This document shows, piece by piece, positions 48,311 to 57,337 of a stretch of 64,000 bases of DNA; the first letter of the stretch is position 1; each line of letters opens with the position of its first letter. Position numbers and translations under genes: made by a program. The DNA is from an uncultured Chloroflexia bacterium (lineage in GTDB: Bacteria > Chloroflexota > Anaerolineae > Anaerolineales > Villigracilaceae), in assembly GCA_963782565.1 (NCBI GenBank), contig CAWAKH010000002.1, positions 1,356-65,355 on the forward strand, in the 5' to 3' direction. The notes beneath the pieces are model-generated. The model was given only the letters and a program-made list of their open reading frames with translations, searched no databases and was not told the DNA's origin.

Positions 48311-49774
48311 ATGAACCTGCGCGAAAAAGCGATTAACGGCGTAATGTGGTCAGCCACCCAAACCTGGGGTGTGCGGCTGATTTCCTTCGTGGTGATGGTG
48401 GCGCTGGCCAGGCTGGTTGCCCCGGAAGCTTTTGGCTTGGTGGCTTACGCAACTGTGTTCATCTCTTTTGCCCAGATTTTCGTTGACCAGGGCTTCAGCG
48501 ATGCGATTGTACAGTTCGCTCAACTGAGTCGTGAACACCTTGATACGGCTTTTTGGATCAGCGTCCTCATGGGCGGACTCTTGACCATCGTCAGCGTTTT
48601 TACGTCGGATGCGATCGCCGGTCTTTTTCGTGAGCCTCAATTGGGGCCGGTTCTCAGGTGGCTTTCACCCATCTTCTTCCTGAGCGCGATGAGCAGCGTT
48701 CAGCAGGCAATCTTGCGGCGCAGGTTGGCCTTTAAGGTCCTTACTATCCGTTCGCTGGCGGCTAATTTGGTCAGCGGGGTAATCGCCGTGATCATGGCCT
48801 TCAAGGGATACGGAGTATGGAGCCTGGTGGCAAAACTCCTGGTGTCCGCCCTTGTTAACGCGGTGATGTTGTGGCAGGTCAGTGATTGGCGGCCGGGTTT
48901 TCGGATGTCAATTAGCCGATTTAGGGAGCTTTTCGTATTTGGGATCAATATTGTTGGCGGAAACTTCGTTGATTTTTTGAGTGTGCATTCGGATGATTTT
49001 CTCATTGGCTACTTTCTGGGTCCGGTTGCGTTGGGTTTCTATACGCTTGCGTACAACTTGCTGATCGTGACGACGGACCTCTTGATTTCTGTACCCAATG
49101 CCGTGGCATTCCCAGTACTCTCCAGTATCCAGGCGGATTCTGCCGGGCTCAAACGGGCCTTCGACCAGGTAATCCGCCTGCAAAGTATCGTTGCCTTTCC
49201 CATATTCCTGGGACTTGCAGCCCTTTCTTCCGAGGTGATCATTCAACTTTACGGCGCACAATGGATTGCCAGTATTCCGGTACTGCAGCTGCTTATGCTG
49301 ATCGGTATTGTGCGATCGGCCACTTATATCTACAGCAGTGTTTTCAGAGCGGCCGGGAAACCTTCCTGGCGTTTTGGGATCCTGGCATTGACGGCCGCCA
49401 TGAATGTTATCGGATTTGTGATTGTTGTTCGCCTGGGTATTGTTGCCGTGGCTGCGTCGTACGTTATTGTCAGTTACTTGTTAATGCCCATCTATATCCT
49501 TATGATCCGCAACCTGACGGGAATTTCGATTCGTTCACACTTGCATCAGTATGGACCCACCGCAGTCGGCTCATTAGTCATGCTCAGTGTTGTGCTCGCA
49601 TTTAAATTGATCATCGGCGAGCAGGTGATTTTGCCGATCCGCTTATCCATCCTGGTATTGACTGGGGCCCTGACTTATTTACTGACGCTCCGGTTGAGCT
49701 ATCCGCCTGCATACAAGCAAATGGTGGATATAGCCCAGTCGGCGTGGGTCGGATTTTTGTCCCGCCCAGCATGA
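48311..49774 (+). CDS. Polysaccharide/O-unit flippase (Wzx, MOP/PST family)
   Basis: 487 aa with about 12-14 TM helices. The N-terminus GVMWSATQTWGVRLISFVVMVALARLVAPEAFGLVA is typical of Polysacc_synt proteins. Confidence 0.8.
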   Translation: MNLREKAINGVMWSATQTWGVRLISFVVMVALARLVAPEAFGLVAYATVFISFAQIFVDQGFSDAIVQFAQLSREHLDTAFWISVLMGGLLTIVSVFTSDAIAGLFREPQLGPVLRWLSPIFFLSAMSSVQQAILRRRLAFKVLTIRSLAANLVSGVIAVIMAFKGYGVWSLVAKLLVSALVNAVMLWQVSDWRPGFRMSISRFRELFVFGINIVGGNFVDFLSVHSDDFLIGYFLGPVALGFYTLAYNLLIVTTDLLISVPNAVAFPVLSSIQADSAGLKRAFDQVIRLQSIVAFPIFLGLAALSSEVIIQLYGAQWIASIPVLQLLMLIGIVRSATYIYSSVFRAAGKPSWRFGILALTAAMNVIGFVIVVRLGIVAVAASYVIVSYLLMPIYILMIRNLTGISIRSHLHQYGPTAVGSLVMLSVVLAFKLIIGEQVILPIRLSILVLTGALTYLLTLRLSYPPAYKQMVDIAQSAWVGFLSRPA

Positions 49775-49801
49775 AATCCCTGGAAGACAGCATAAACCCC
49801 A

Positions 49802-51355
49802 ATGGACTCGTCTATGAATGAAACGAAACTTATGCTCGAAAAAGTATTAAGCTCCAGCCGCTGTTCCATCAAAGAGAACTTCCCCAAAGACCGGAAAGCG
49901 CTTTCTACCATCATCAAACTCTGTGATACCCTGATGACGGAGAGAATCGACTATTGCCACTGGAAAAGTAATGTGGCCATTGACCGGTCGGCCAGCGGTG
50001 AAAACGATCTGGACTTGTTGGTGAGTCGGGCGGATGCTCAACGGTTCACGGAGCTTCTGGACCGGCAGGGCTTTAAAGAAGCCCAAGTTGTTGAGGAAGA
50101 ACGATTACCGGGCGTGCGGGACTTTTATGGTTATGACGTACCAGCCGCCCGCCTGGTTCATGTTCATGCACACTTTCAATTGGTGCTGGGACATGATTTC
50201 ACAAAGAACTATCATCTTCCAATAGAGCGCTCCTATCTGGATTCCGCAATCCAGGGGGATTTATTCAGGGTTCCTGCTCCGGAATTTGAACTCGCAGTAC
50301 TTGTTCTTCGAATGGTATTAAAGCACTCGACCTGGGATGCGATCCTCATGAGACATGGAAGCCTATCCACCTCCGAGCGCCGCGAGATGGAATCATTGCT
50401 CTCCCAAATCCCTTTGGAGAGCTCAGCTGCCGTATTGGAGCAGTCTCTGCCCAGCCTGGATCGCGGTTTGTTCGAAGCCTGCGTGCAAGCCCTGCAACCC
50501 GGATGTTCGTTTATGAAACGTATTCGGGCGGGTCAACAACTTCAAAGCAGATTAAGATCTTGCGCACGCCGGCCGCAGCTTGCGGATGTGTCCCTGAAAT
50601 TATGGCGGCGCCTGGAACGACCCATTTTGTATCGACTGCATTTGCGAAGGCCCAAGAAACGCATGGCCAACGGTGGAATGCTGATCGCTATTATCGGGGG
50701 AGATGGATCTGGCAAGACGACCGCTGTCGCCGATCTCCATCAAAAGCTCTCTGAAGAATTCGACGTCAGGAAGGTTCACATGGGGAAGCCCTCATGGTCA
50801 TGGGCGACAATCATCATAAGGGGAATCCTGAAGATCGGAACGATCCTTGGTCTCTACCCCTTTATCAATGCAGGCACTGAGCCCAGCCTGGATACCAATT
50901 CGCCATTGTTCCCGGGATATCCTTGGCTGATTCGCGAGGTTTGCACCGCTCGAGATCGTTACCTGAGCTATCAGAGGGCCCGGCGTTTCGCGACCAACGG
51001 CGGCCTGGTCATCTGTGATCGTTACCCTCTGCCTCAAATAAAGATAATGGACGGCGCCCAGGTAGAGCGGGTGACCGCCGGTCTCAAACCCAATGCTTTG
51101 ATTAAATTTCTAGCAGCCGTGGAACAGCACTATTATCGACAGATCCTATTGCCCGATTTACTGATCGTTTTGAGGGTCGATCCTGAGATCTGTGTCCAGC
51201 GCAAAACAGATGAAACCCCAGCTTCTGTCCGCACGCGAACGCAGGAGATTTGGAAACTTGATTGGTGTGAAACCCCTGCTAATGTTATTGATGCCAGCCT
51301 GTCGAAGCCCAAGGTGCTCTCGGACATATTGAGCCTGGTCTGGTCCAACCTATGA
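49802..51355 (+). CDS. Two-domain protein: N-terminal nucleotidyltransferase-like domain fused to a C-terminal P-loop (thymidylate/deoxynucleoside-kinase-like) domain
   Basis: The N-domain has a pol-beta-like G-x-N-D-L-D-L-L-V motif (SGENDLDLLVSRADAQRF). The C-domain has Walker A IIGGDGSGKTT and a kinase-like VICDRYP strand, then LLIVLRVDPEICVQRK. Confidence 0.5.
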   Translation: MDSSMNETKLMLEKVLSSSRCSIKENFPKDRKALSTIIKLCDTLMTERIDYCHWKSNVAIDRSASGENDLDLLVSRADAQRFTELLDRQGFKEAQVVEEERLPGVRDFYGYDVPAARLVHVHAHFQLVLGHDFTKNYHLPIERSYLDSAIQGDLFRVPAPEFELAVLVLRMVLKHSTWDAILMRHGSLSTSERREMESLLSQIPLESSAAVLEQSLPSLDRGLFEACVQALQPGCSFMKRIRAGQQLQSRLRSCARRPQLADVSLKLWRRLERPILYRLHLRRPKKRMANGGMLIAIIGGDGSGKTTAVADLHQKLSEEFDVRKVHMGKPSWSWATIIIRGILKIGTILGLYPFINAGTEPSLDTNSPLFPGYPWLIREVCTARDRYLSYQRARRFATNGGLVICDRYPLPQIKIMDGAQVERVTAGLKPNALIKFLAAVEQHYYRQILLPDLLIVLRVDPEICVQRKTDETPASVRTRTQEIWKLDWCETPANVIDASLSKPKVLSDILSLVWSNL

Positions 51356-52074
51356 AGAATGGACTAACCGGCACTGGCAAGCGGCTCGAAGAGACACGTG
51401 TGGTGGAGATTGTCGGACCGGCAGGCGCAGGGAAAACCACCCTCTACCAGGCGCTGGATTGCCATGCTGATTCTCTTCGGTTGGAGAATTTTCCAGATGT
51501 GCGAAAAATGGCAGATGCACCCTTCTTTATTTCAAACGGCCTTGAGTTGATCCCTCGCTTGCTTGGTCTATATCGACCTGGGATCCGGCAGCTCACGAGG
51601 CGAGAATTTGCCTGGATGACTATTCTAAACGGATGGGCGGCTCTCTTACACACGGAGACTAAGGCCGACAACAAAGTAATTATTTTGGACCAGGGCCCGG
51701 TTTACCTGATGGCCGAATTGCGGGTGTTTGGACCTGAATATCTCAGGCAAGAGGCCGCTGGAAGACTTTGGCAGGATTTATATGACCGTTGGGCAGATAC
51801 GCTGGATATGATTGTCTGGCTGGATGCGCCCGATGAGGTTTTGTTTGACCGCATACGGATCCGTCAGCAGGAGCACATTATGAAAACGGAGCCGGCGGTA
51901 ACAGTCTATGAGTTTCTGGGTCGCTATCGCGCCGAATATGAGTTTATTCTTTCCATTTTGACGGCCAAAATGGCTAGCCTCAAGGTGCTCCGGTTTGATA
52001 CTGTGCACCAGCAATCACAGGATATCGTGAATCAATTCCTATCCAAATTGGACTGCGGAAAGAAGGTCATGTGA
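51352..52074 (+). CDS. P-loop NTPase, small-molecule-kinase-like
   Basis: Walker A IVGPAGAGKTTL, Walker-B-like VIILDQGP, and kinase lid-like WLDAPDEVLFDRIRIRQQEH. ATGA overlap with the upstream gene. Confidence 0.5.
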   Translation: MKNGLTGTGKRLEETRVVEIVGPAGAGKTTLYQALDCHADSLRLENFPDVRKMADAPFFISNGLELIPRLLGLYRPGIRQLTRREFAWMTILNGWAALLHTETKADNKVIILDQGPVYLMAELRVFGPEYLRQEAAGRLWQDLYDRWADTLDMIVWLDAPDEVLFDRIRIRQQEHIMKTEPAVTVYEFLGRYRAEYEFILSILTAKMASLKVLRFDTVHQQSQDIVNQFLSKLDCGKKVM

Positions 52075-53186
52075 AATCCTCAAGAGAACGACTGGCAATA
52101 CTCCTGCCCGGCCTATATGATGGCGGCGCTGAACGCACCCTTCTTAACCTGTCGGAAGGGATTACTGGACGAGGCTTTCCGGTTGACCTGGTTCTGGCGA
52201 GGGCCGAAGGGCCTTATATGGCTGAAATCCCGAATTCGGTGCGAGTGATCGACCTGAAAGCGGAGCGCGTTCTGCTGTGCCTGCCGGCACTTGTTCATTA
52301 CCTTCGAAGCGAACGTCCGGTGGTTATGCTTTCTACGCTTTATGCCAACATTCTTGCCGTTTGGGCCAGATGCCTGGCAGGTTTTCCTCGGCGCGTGGTA
52401 CTCAATGAACAGAATACCCTGAGCAGTGTTTCCAGTGGTGAGAATGATCTGCGTTGGAAACTATATCCTGAATTGGCCAGGTGGTTCTATCCCTGGGCAG
52501 ATGCCATCACGGCTGTTTCAAAGGGCGTGGCCGATGATCTGATCCTGGCGACCAGACTATCCCCGAGTCGAATTAAGGTTATTTTCAATCCTATCGTAAC
52601 TCCTGATTTGCAGAGAAAATCCGCAGCCCCTCTGGAACATCCATGGTTTAAAGTTGGAGAACCCCCCGTGGTGCTTGGAGTCGGGCGTCTCACCGCTCAA
52701 AAAGCTTTTAGTGTTTTGATCGAGGCCTTTGCCCAGGTAAGGAAATCTCAGCCGGCTCGGCTGCTGATTCTCGGCGAAGGCGAGGAACGTCCAATGTTGG
52801 AAGCTCTGATCGGGCAACTGGGCTTGGAACAGGATGTAAATTTGCCGGGCTTCGTATCGAACCCTTATCCTTACATGGCCCGGGCCGCGGTTTTTGTACT
52901 TTCGTCGAGGTGGGAAGGCCTGCCAACTGTTCTTGTAGAGGCAATGGCTCTACGAACGCCTGTGATTGCCACAGATTGTCCCAGTGGACCACGCGAAATC
53001 CTTCGGGGGGGCCAATACGGTCCGCTTGTGCCGGTGGGTGATCCCTGTGCGCTGGCTCTAGCCATTCAAAACTCTCTTGCGAATCACTCAACTTCGTTTG
53101 AAGAAAGTTGGAAACCGTATGACCGCGACTTTGTGACGGATCAATATTTAAGCGTGATGCTCAGATCGTCGCCAGGAAGAAAGTAA
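52071..53186 (+). CDS. Glycosyltransferase family 4 (GT-B)
   Basis: GGAERTLLNL N-domain and the C-domain EX7E region (SRWEGLPTVLVEAMALRTPVIATD). Confidence 0.85.
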   Translation: MKSSRERLAILLPGLYDGGAERTLLNLSEGITGRGFPVDLVLARAEGPYMAEIPNSVRVIDLKAERVLLCLPALVHYLRSERPVVMLSTLYANILAVWARCLAGFPRRVVLNEQNTLSSVSSGENDLRWKLYPELARWFYPWADAITAVSKGVADDLILATRLSPSRIKVIFNPIVTPDLQRKSAAPLEHPWFKVGEPPVVLGVGRLTAQKAFSVLIEAFAQVRKSQPARLLILGEGEERPMLEALIGQLGLEQDVNLPGFVSNPYPYMARAAVFVLSSRWEGLPTVLVEAMALRTPVIATDCPSGPREILRGGQYGPLVPVGDPCALALAIQNSLANHSTSFEESWKPYDRDFVTDQYLSVMLRSSPGRK

Positions 53187-53301
53187 TATTCCATAGAGAC
53201 TTTTATAAGAGCCTCTAAATGTTCGTGCTATTTGCAGTGCAACTTATATAGCAGCCCAGTTGAGGTGGGAAGTCAAGGGCCATGGGTGTGTTGACACAGT
53301 A

Positions 53302-54495
53302 ATGGATGAATTTTCTGACAAGCCTATGAGATCGGGTAGTTCTTCAAATTCGTTGAAGCCGCGCATATTGATCTCAGGCCATCTCCCGCCTCCGATGAGC
53401 GGAATCGGCACTTATTATCAGACTCTTCTAAGTTCATCCCTGCCACAGCGTGCAAGCCTACACTTCATAGATACAAGCTTGCGGAGACGCCCCTTGTCTG
53501 AGACAGGATCCTGGTCATTCTCGAACCTGCTATCGGCTGTGGCTGATTGTGCTCGTTTTACCGGGGCAGTTGTGATCTACCGTCCTGAAATCTGTCATAT
53601 TGCAACTGCCTTTGGGCTGTCTTTTGCCAAGCATAGTGTATGCGTCGCCATTGCCAGGTTGCTTGGCTGTAAGGTTCTATTGCATCCCCATTGTAGTTTC
53701 TATGCCCTCTATGAGCGCCAAAGCAACCTCTGGCAATGGTTCGTTCGCAAAGTCGTAGGTCTCTGTTTTGGCGTCGTTGCCTTATCGAAGGAATGGAAGA
53801 GATTGCAGGAAATTGTCCCGGACTGCCAGATCTATCACCTTCCCAATGCTGTCAACCTCTCGAACTATGTTGCGGTAGCCCGCGAGAGAATTGAATCAAA
53901 AAGCGACAAGGCTTGCCCGCATGTACTATACCTGGGTTATTTGGGCCAAGCAAAAGGCAGCTTTGACCTGATCTGCGCGGCTCAAAAAGTCCTGGCACGG
54001 GGGCATAGAGTTGTATTCGATCTGGTGGGGCACGAACTTGCCGTCGGAGAGATGAAGCAGCTGAATTCCCAGGTGGTTGACTCTGGCCTTGAGCAGTTTA
54101 TTCGTATCCAGCCGGCCGTAGATAGCGCCGGAAAAATCGAGCTTTTTCGCTCTGCGGATATATTTGTTTACCCGTCGTACCATGAAGGGATGCCAATGGC
54201 AGCGATTGAAGCCATGGCGTGCGGGCTGCCAATTATTGCCACACAGGTTGGGGGATTGCCCGATCTTGTTTGCCCCGGTTTGAATGGTCTGCTAGTGCCG
54301 GCAGGACAGCCAGATCAATTGGCGGACGCAATTCACCAACTCCTGGTCAATCCGCAAATGAGATTTTCCATGCAGGCGGGTAGTTTTCGAATGGCGCAGG
54401 AGAATTTTGACATTGAAAAGCTTGTGTCCGGGCTGCTGAAGATCTATCAGGCAACATTATTGCCGGGTTACAAGACTCCGGTTCGCTCTTCCTAA
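53302..54495 (+). CDS. Glycosyltransferase family 4 (GT-B)
   Basis: PPPMSGIGTYY N-domain and PSYHEGMPMAAIEAMACGLPIIATQVGG C-domain. The ORF-track TTG start at 53260 is also possible. Confidence 0.8.
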   Translation: MDEFSDKPMRSGSSSNSLKPRILISGHLPPPMSGIGTYYQTLLSSSLPQRASLHFIDTSLRRRPLSETGSWSFSNLLSAVADCARFTGAVVIYRPEICHIATAFGLSFAKHSVCVAIARLLGCKVLLHPHCSFYALYERQSNLWQWFVRKVVGLCFGVVALSKEWKRLQEIVPDCQIYHLPNAVNLSNYVAVARERIESKSDKACPHVLYLGYLGQAKGSFDLICAAQKVLARGHRVVFDLVGHELAVGEMKQLNSQVVDSGLEQFIRIQPAVDSAGKIELFRSADIFVYPSYHEGMPMAAIEAMACGLPIIATQVGGLPDLVCPGLNGLLVPAGQPDQLADAIHQLLVNPQMRFSMQAGSFRMAQENFDIEKLVSGLLKIYQATLLPGYKTPVRSS

Positions 54496-54553
54496 GAGCT
54501 TCGATGCAACCAATTATCCTTTCTACTACGATATGCGTACAGGAGGAAACATA

Positions 54554-55817
54554 ATGCGCATCATGTTTATGGCGCAATGCTACGCTCCCGAGAATATCAG
54601 TGCTGCAGTGCTGATCACGGAACTTGCCGTCGATCTTGCAGCACGCGGCCACGAGGTCACCGTGATCACAGGCGCTCCCAACTATCCTTATGGCAGGCTC
54701 TTCGAAGGCTATCGAAACCGGGTTTATTCGGTTGAAACCCTGGAGGGCGTGCGTGTGGTCCGTACTTGGAGTTTTATATCACCTTCGAAAAAATTCTGGC
54801 CCCGACTATTCCACTACGGCAGCTATAGCGCAACGTCTTTTTATGGCGGCTGGTTTGCAGGCCGCCCCGATGTGATCGTCAGTTATTCCCCCCCACTTCC
54901 GCTCGGACTCTCAGCCTGGCTGCTCAGCCTGATCTTCCGTGTGCCCTGGGTGCTTCAAATAGAAGACTTGTTTCCTGATGCCGCAGTGGCAGCGGGTGTT
55001 CTCACGAATAAAAGGGCGATCAGCTTATTTCGGGGTTTGGAGAGTTTTCTTTATCGAGCTGCGCGGCATATCTCGGTGATCTCGAAAAATTACCGCCAAA
55101 CCCTTCTCTCTAAAGGGGTTCCCGATTCAAAGATCGAAGTCATCCCCGTTTGGGCCGACCCGGCCGCAATACGGCCCATGCCGAAAGAAAATGCTTTTCG
55201 TCGCAGTCATGGTCTCGCCGACAAGTTTGTCGTAATGTATACCGGAAATATCGGATTGACCTCCTGCCTTGAAGATGTGTTGGGCGCCGCCGAGATCCTG
55301 AAAAATCGAAATGATATTCAGATAGTAATCGTAGGGGAAGGCGTTAAGAAAGAAGCTCTTGCAGCAGAAGCGCGACTCGAAGAATCTGCATAACATTCTG
55401 TTTCTGCCTTATCAGCCAAGGAAGGCCTTCGCTGAAATGCTCGCAGCTGCCGATATGGGCCTTGTTACTCTTAACCCGGAAGCCAGCTTCTCATCGCTGC
55501 CAAGCAAGACATTCAATGTGATGGCCAGTGGGCGCCCAATCCTGGCGGTGACGCCCCAGGAGGGCGAGGTGGCCCGGCTAATTAGAGTGGCCGAGTGCGG
55601 GTGGAATGTCCTGCCGGGTTCACCCCGAAAACTGGCGGGCGTTATCGTCGAGTTGAAAGCTCAAAACTCTTTACTCGTTCAGATGGGCAGGAATGGGCGC
55701 TGCTATCTTGAGAGCCATTACGCTCGCAGTCACTGTGTGGATGCCTACGAAAAGATGTTGACCACCCTTTTTGAGCGAAATTACGTTGAGACGATTCAAA
55801 GCGAGGAGCCTTCATGA
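54554..55817 (+). pseudogene. WcaI-like family 4 glycosyltransferase split by a 1-nt frameshift near 55372
   Basis: Frame 1 reads MRIMFMAQCYAPENISAA...VIVGEGVKKEALAAEA. Frame 2 continues (R)DSKNLHNILFLPYQPRKAFAEMLAAADMGLVTL...SKTFNVMASGRPILAV. Together these make one typical GT4. AGGAGG precedes the ATG at 54554. Confidence 0.7.
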
Positions 55818-56749
55818 GCGGGGAGATTTTCGCAGAGTGGCTGCGCCGTCAGGGACATCACATATATCGTACGGCCAGCAGCTTTTGGTACGACGCCGGT
55901 CCACGCGTGCTTCAGTCCTTTCCGTATCATTGGGTGATCACGCCCGATCGAAATGAGATTCGTGGCTTAATGCTTCGCCATGGGATCATCGCTTTGCGCT
56001 ATTCGACCCCTCTCGGTTTCCCGGATGGCAAGGTGAGTTATCACGTTGTTTTACGCAACCCCTACTGTCTTGAAATGTTGAAATCGCAGACGCGTAACGG
56101 CGTAAAGCGCGGGTTGGGCTGTTTCAAGTTCGAGCAAATTTCATTTGAGCGGCTGGCGACGGAGGGCTGGGTCTTGCAGCAGGATACCCTGGCGCGGCAA
56201 GACCGCCTGCGAAGTATGAAGCAGGAAGAATGGGAAAGAATATGCCGTGCTGGGCAGGGGTTGCCGGGGTTTGAAGCCTGGGCTGCAACCTCCAATGGCG
56301 AATTGGCTGGTGCGGTCATCGTCTGCCGAACTGAGGATGTATTAAGTGTGCCTTATGCCATGAGTCACAGCCGCTTCCTGTGCAACCATGTAAACAATGC
56401 CTTGTTCTTTTCGGTCAGCCGCGAGATGTTGGCCCGTGAAGGAGTGACCAGCATATTCTTCACGGTGCAATCTCTGGATGCTCCGTCCAATGTGGATGAA
56501 TTCAAATTTCGGATGGGGTTTGAACCCAAAGCAGTCTGCCAGCGAGTGGACTTTCATCCTCTAGTGGATCCTTTCATAACGCCCTCCGTTCACGCCTGGG
56601 TCCAAAGATGGCTTCTGCGCGATCCGTCCAATCCCCTGCTCGCAAAAGCGGAAGGAATGCTGCGGTTCCGTGTGGAAGGCAAGCGCCAAATTGGCGAACA
56701 AGCCTGGCCTGAATGCCTGGCGGCCCAACGTCAGGTGGGTGCACATTGA
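55814..56749 (+). CDS. GNAT-fold acyl/aminoacyl-transferase (FemAB / Acetyltransf_6-like)
   Basis: The pattern SQTRNGVKRGL...FEQISFERL...GELAGAVIV......FKFRMGFEP resembles BioF2-like/FemAB-family proteins found in EPS loci. ATGA overlap with the upstream gene. Confidence 0.5.
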   Translation: MSGEIFAEWLRRQGHHIYRTASSFWYDAGPRVLQSFPYHWVITPDRNEIRGLMLRHGIIALRYSTPLGFPDGKVSYHVVLRNPYCLEMLKSQTRNGVKRGLGCFKFEQISFERLATEGWVLQQDTLARQDRLRSMKQEEWERICRAGQGLPGFEAWAATSNGELAGAVIVCRTEDVLSVPYAMSHSRFLCNHVNNALFFSVSREMLAREGVTSIFFTVQSLDAPSNVDEFKFRMGFEPKAVCQRVDFHPLVDPFITPSVHAWVQRWLLRDPSNPLLAKAEGMLRFRVEGKRQIGEQAWPECLAAQRQVGAH

Positions 56750-56775
56750 TTTCCCGATTTCGATACGGAGAGACC

Positions 56776-57303
56776 ATGACCAATTTTGATGGCTGCCAAC
56801 TTCCCTGTGTGCCAAAGTTCTCGCTCGGGCCGGCCCGGATGACTGAGCGAACGTTGATCGGCCGTGTAAAACGTCTGCTGGCAGTGCCCTGGAATCGCAT
56901 TGTCAAGAAGTGGTTGAAACAGGCCTATTACACCTCCCTTCGTTGGCGCGGAGACTCATCCCGGCAAACCGTGGCAAAGGAACTGACGCCCGCGATTCCC
57001 TTCATGAAGGGAGATTTGGTTCGCGTGCGCACGCGCGAGGAAATTCTTTCCACGCTCGATCCGTTCAAGGAATTAAAAGGTTGCGCATTCCTCCCGGATA
57101 TGTACCAATATTGCGGAACCCGGCAACGCGTGCTCAGGTCCATGCAACATTTTATGGATGAACGTGATTACAAACTTAAGAAAGTGCGTGGCGTGATCCT
57201 GCTGGAAAACGTGATTTGCAGCGGAACTCCGACCTTTGGCGCCTGTGATCGTTGCTGCTTCCTCTTCTGGCGGGAGGAATGGCTTGAAAAAGTCACAGGC
57301 TGA
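56776..57303 (+). CDS. Conserved-looking hypothetical protein with Cys-rich C-terminus
   Basis: 176 aa. KGDLVRVRTREEILSTLD...GCAFLPDMYQYCGTRQRVL...ENVICSGTPTFGACDRCCFLFWREEWLEKV. I could not assign a family. Confidence 0.4.
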   Translation: MTNFDGCQLPCVPKFSLGPARMTERTLIGRVKRLLAVPWNRIVKKWLKQAYYTSLRWRGDSSRQTVAKELTPAIPFMKGDLVRVRTREEILSTLDPFKELKGCAFLPDMYQYCGTRQRVLRSMQHFMDERDYKLKKVRGVILLENVICSGTPTFGACDRCCFLFWREEWLEKVTG

Positions 57304-57337
57304 ACTTATTTATGGAATTGCGGACTTAGGAGGGAAA

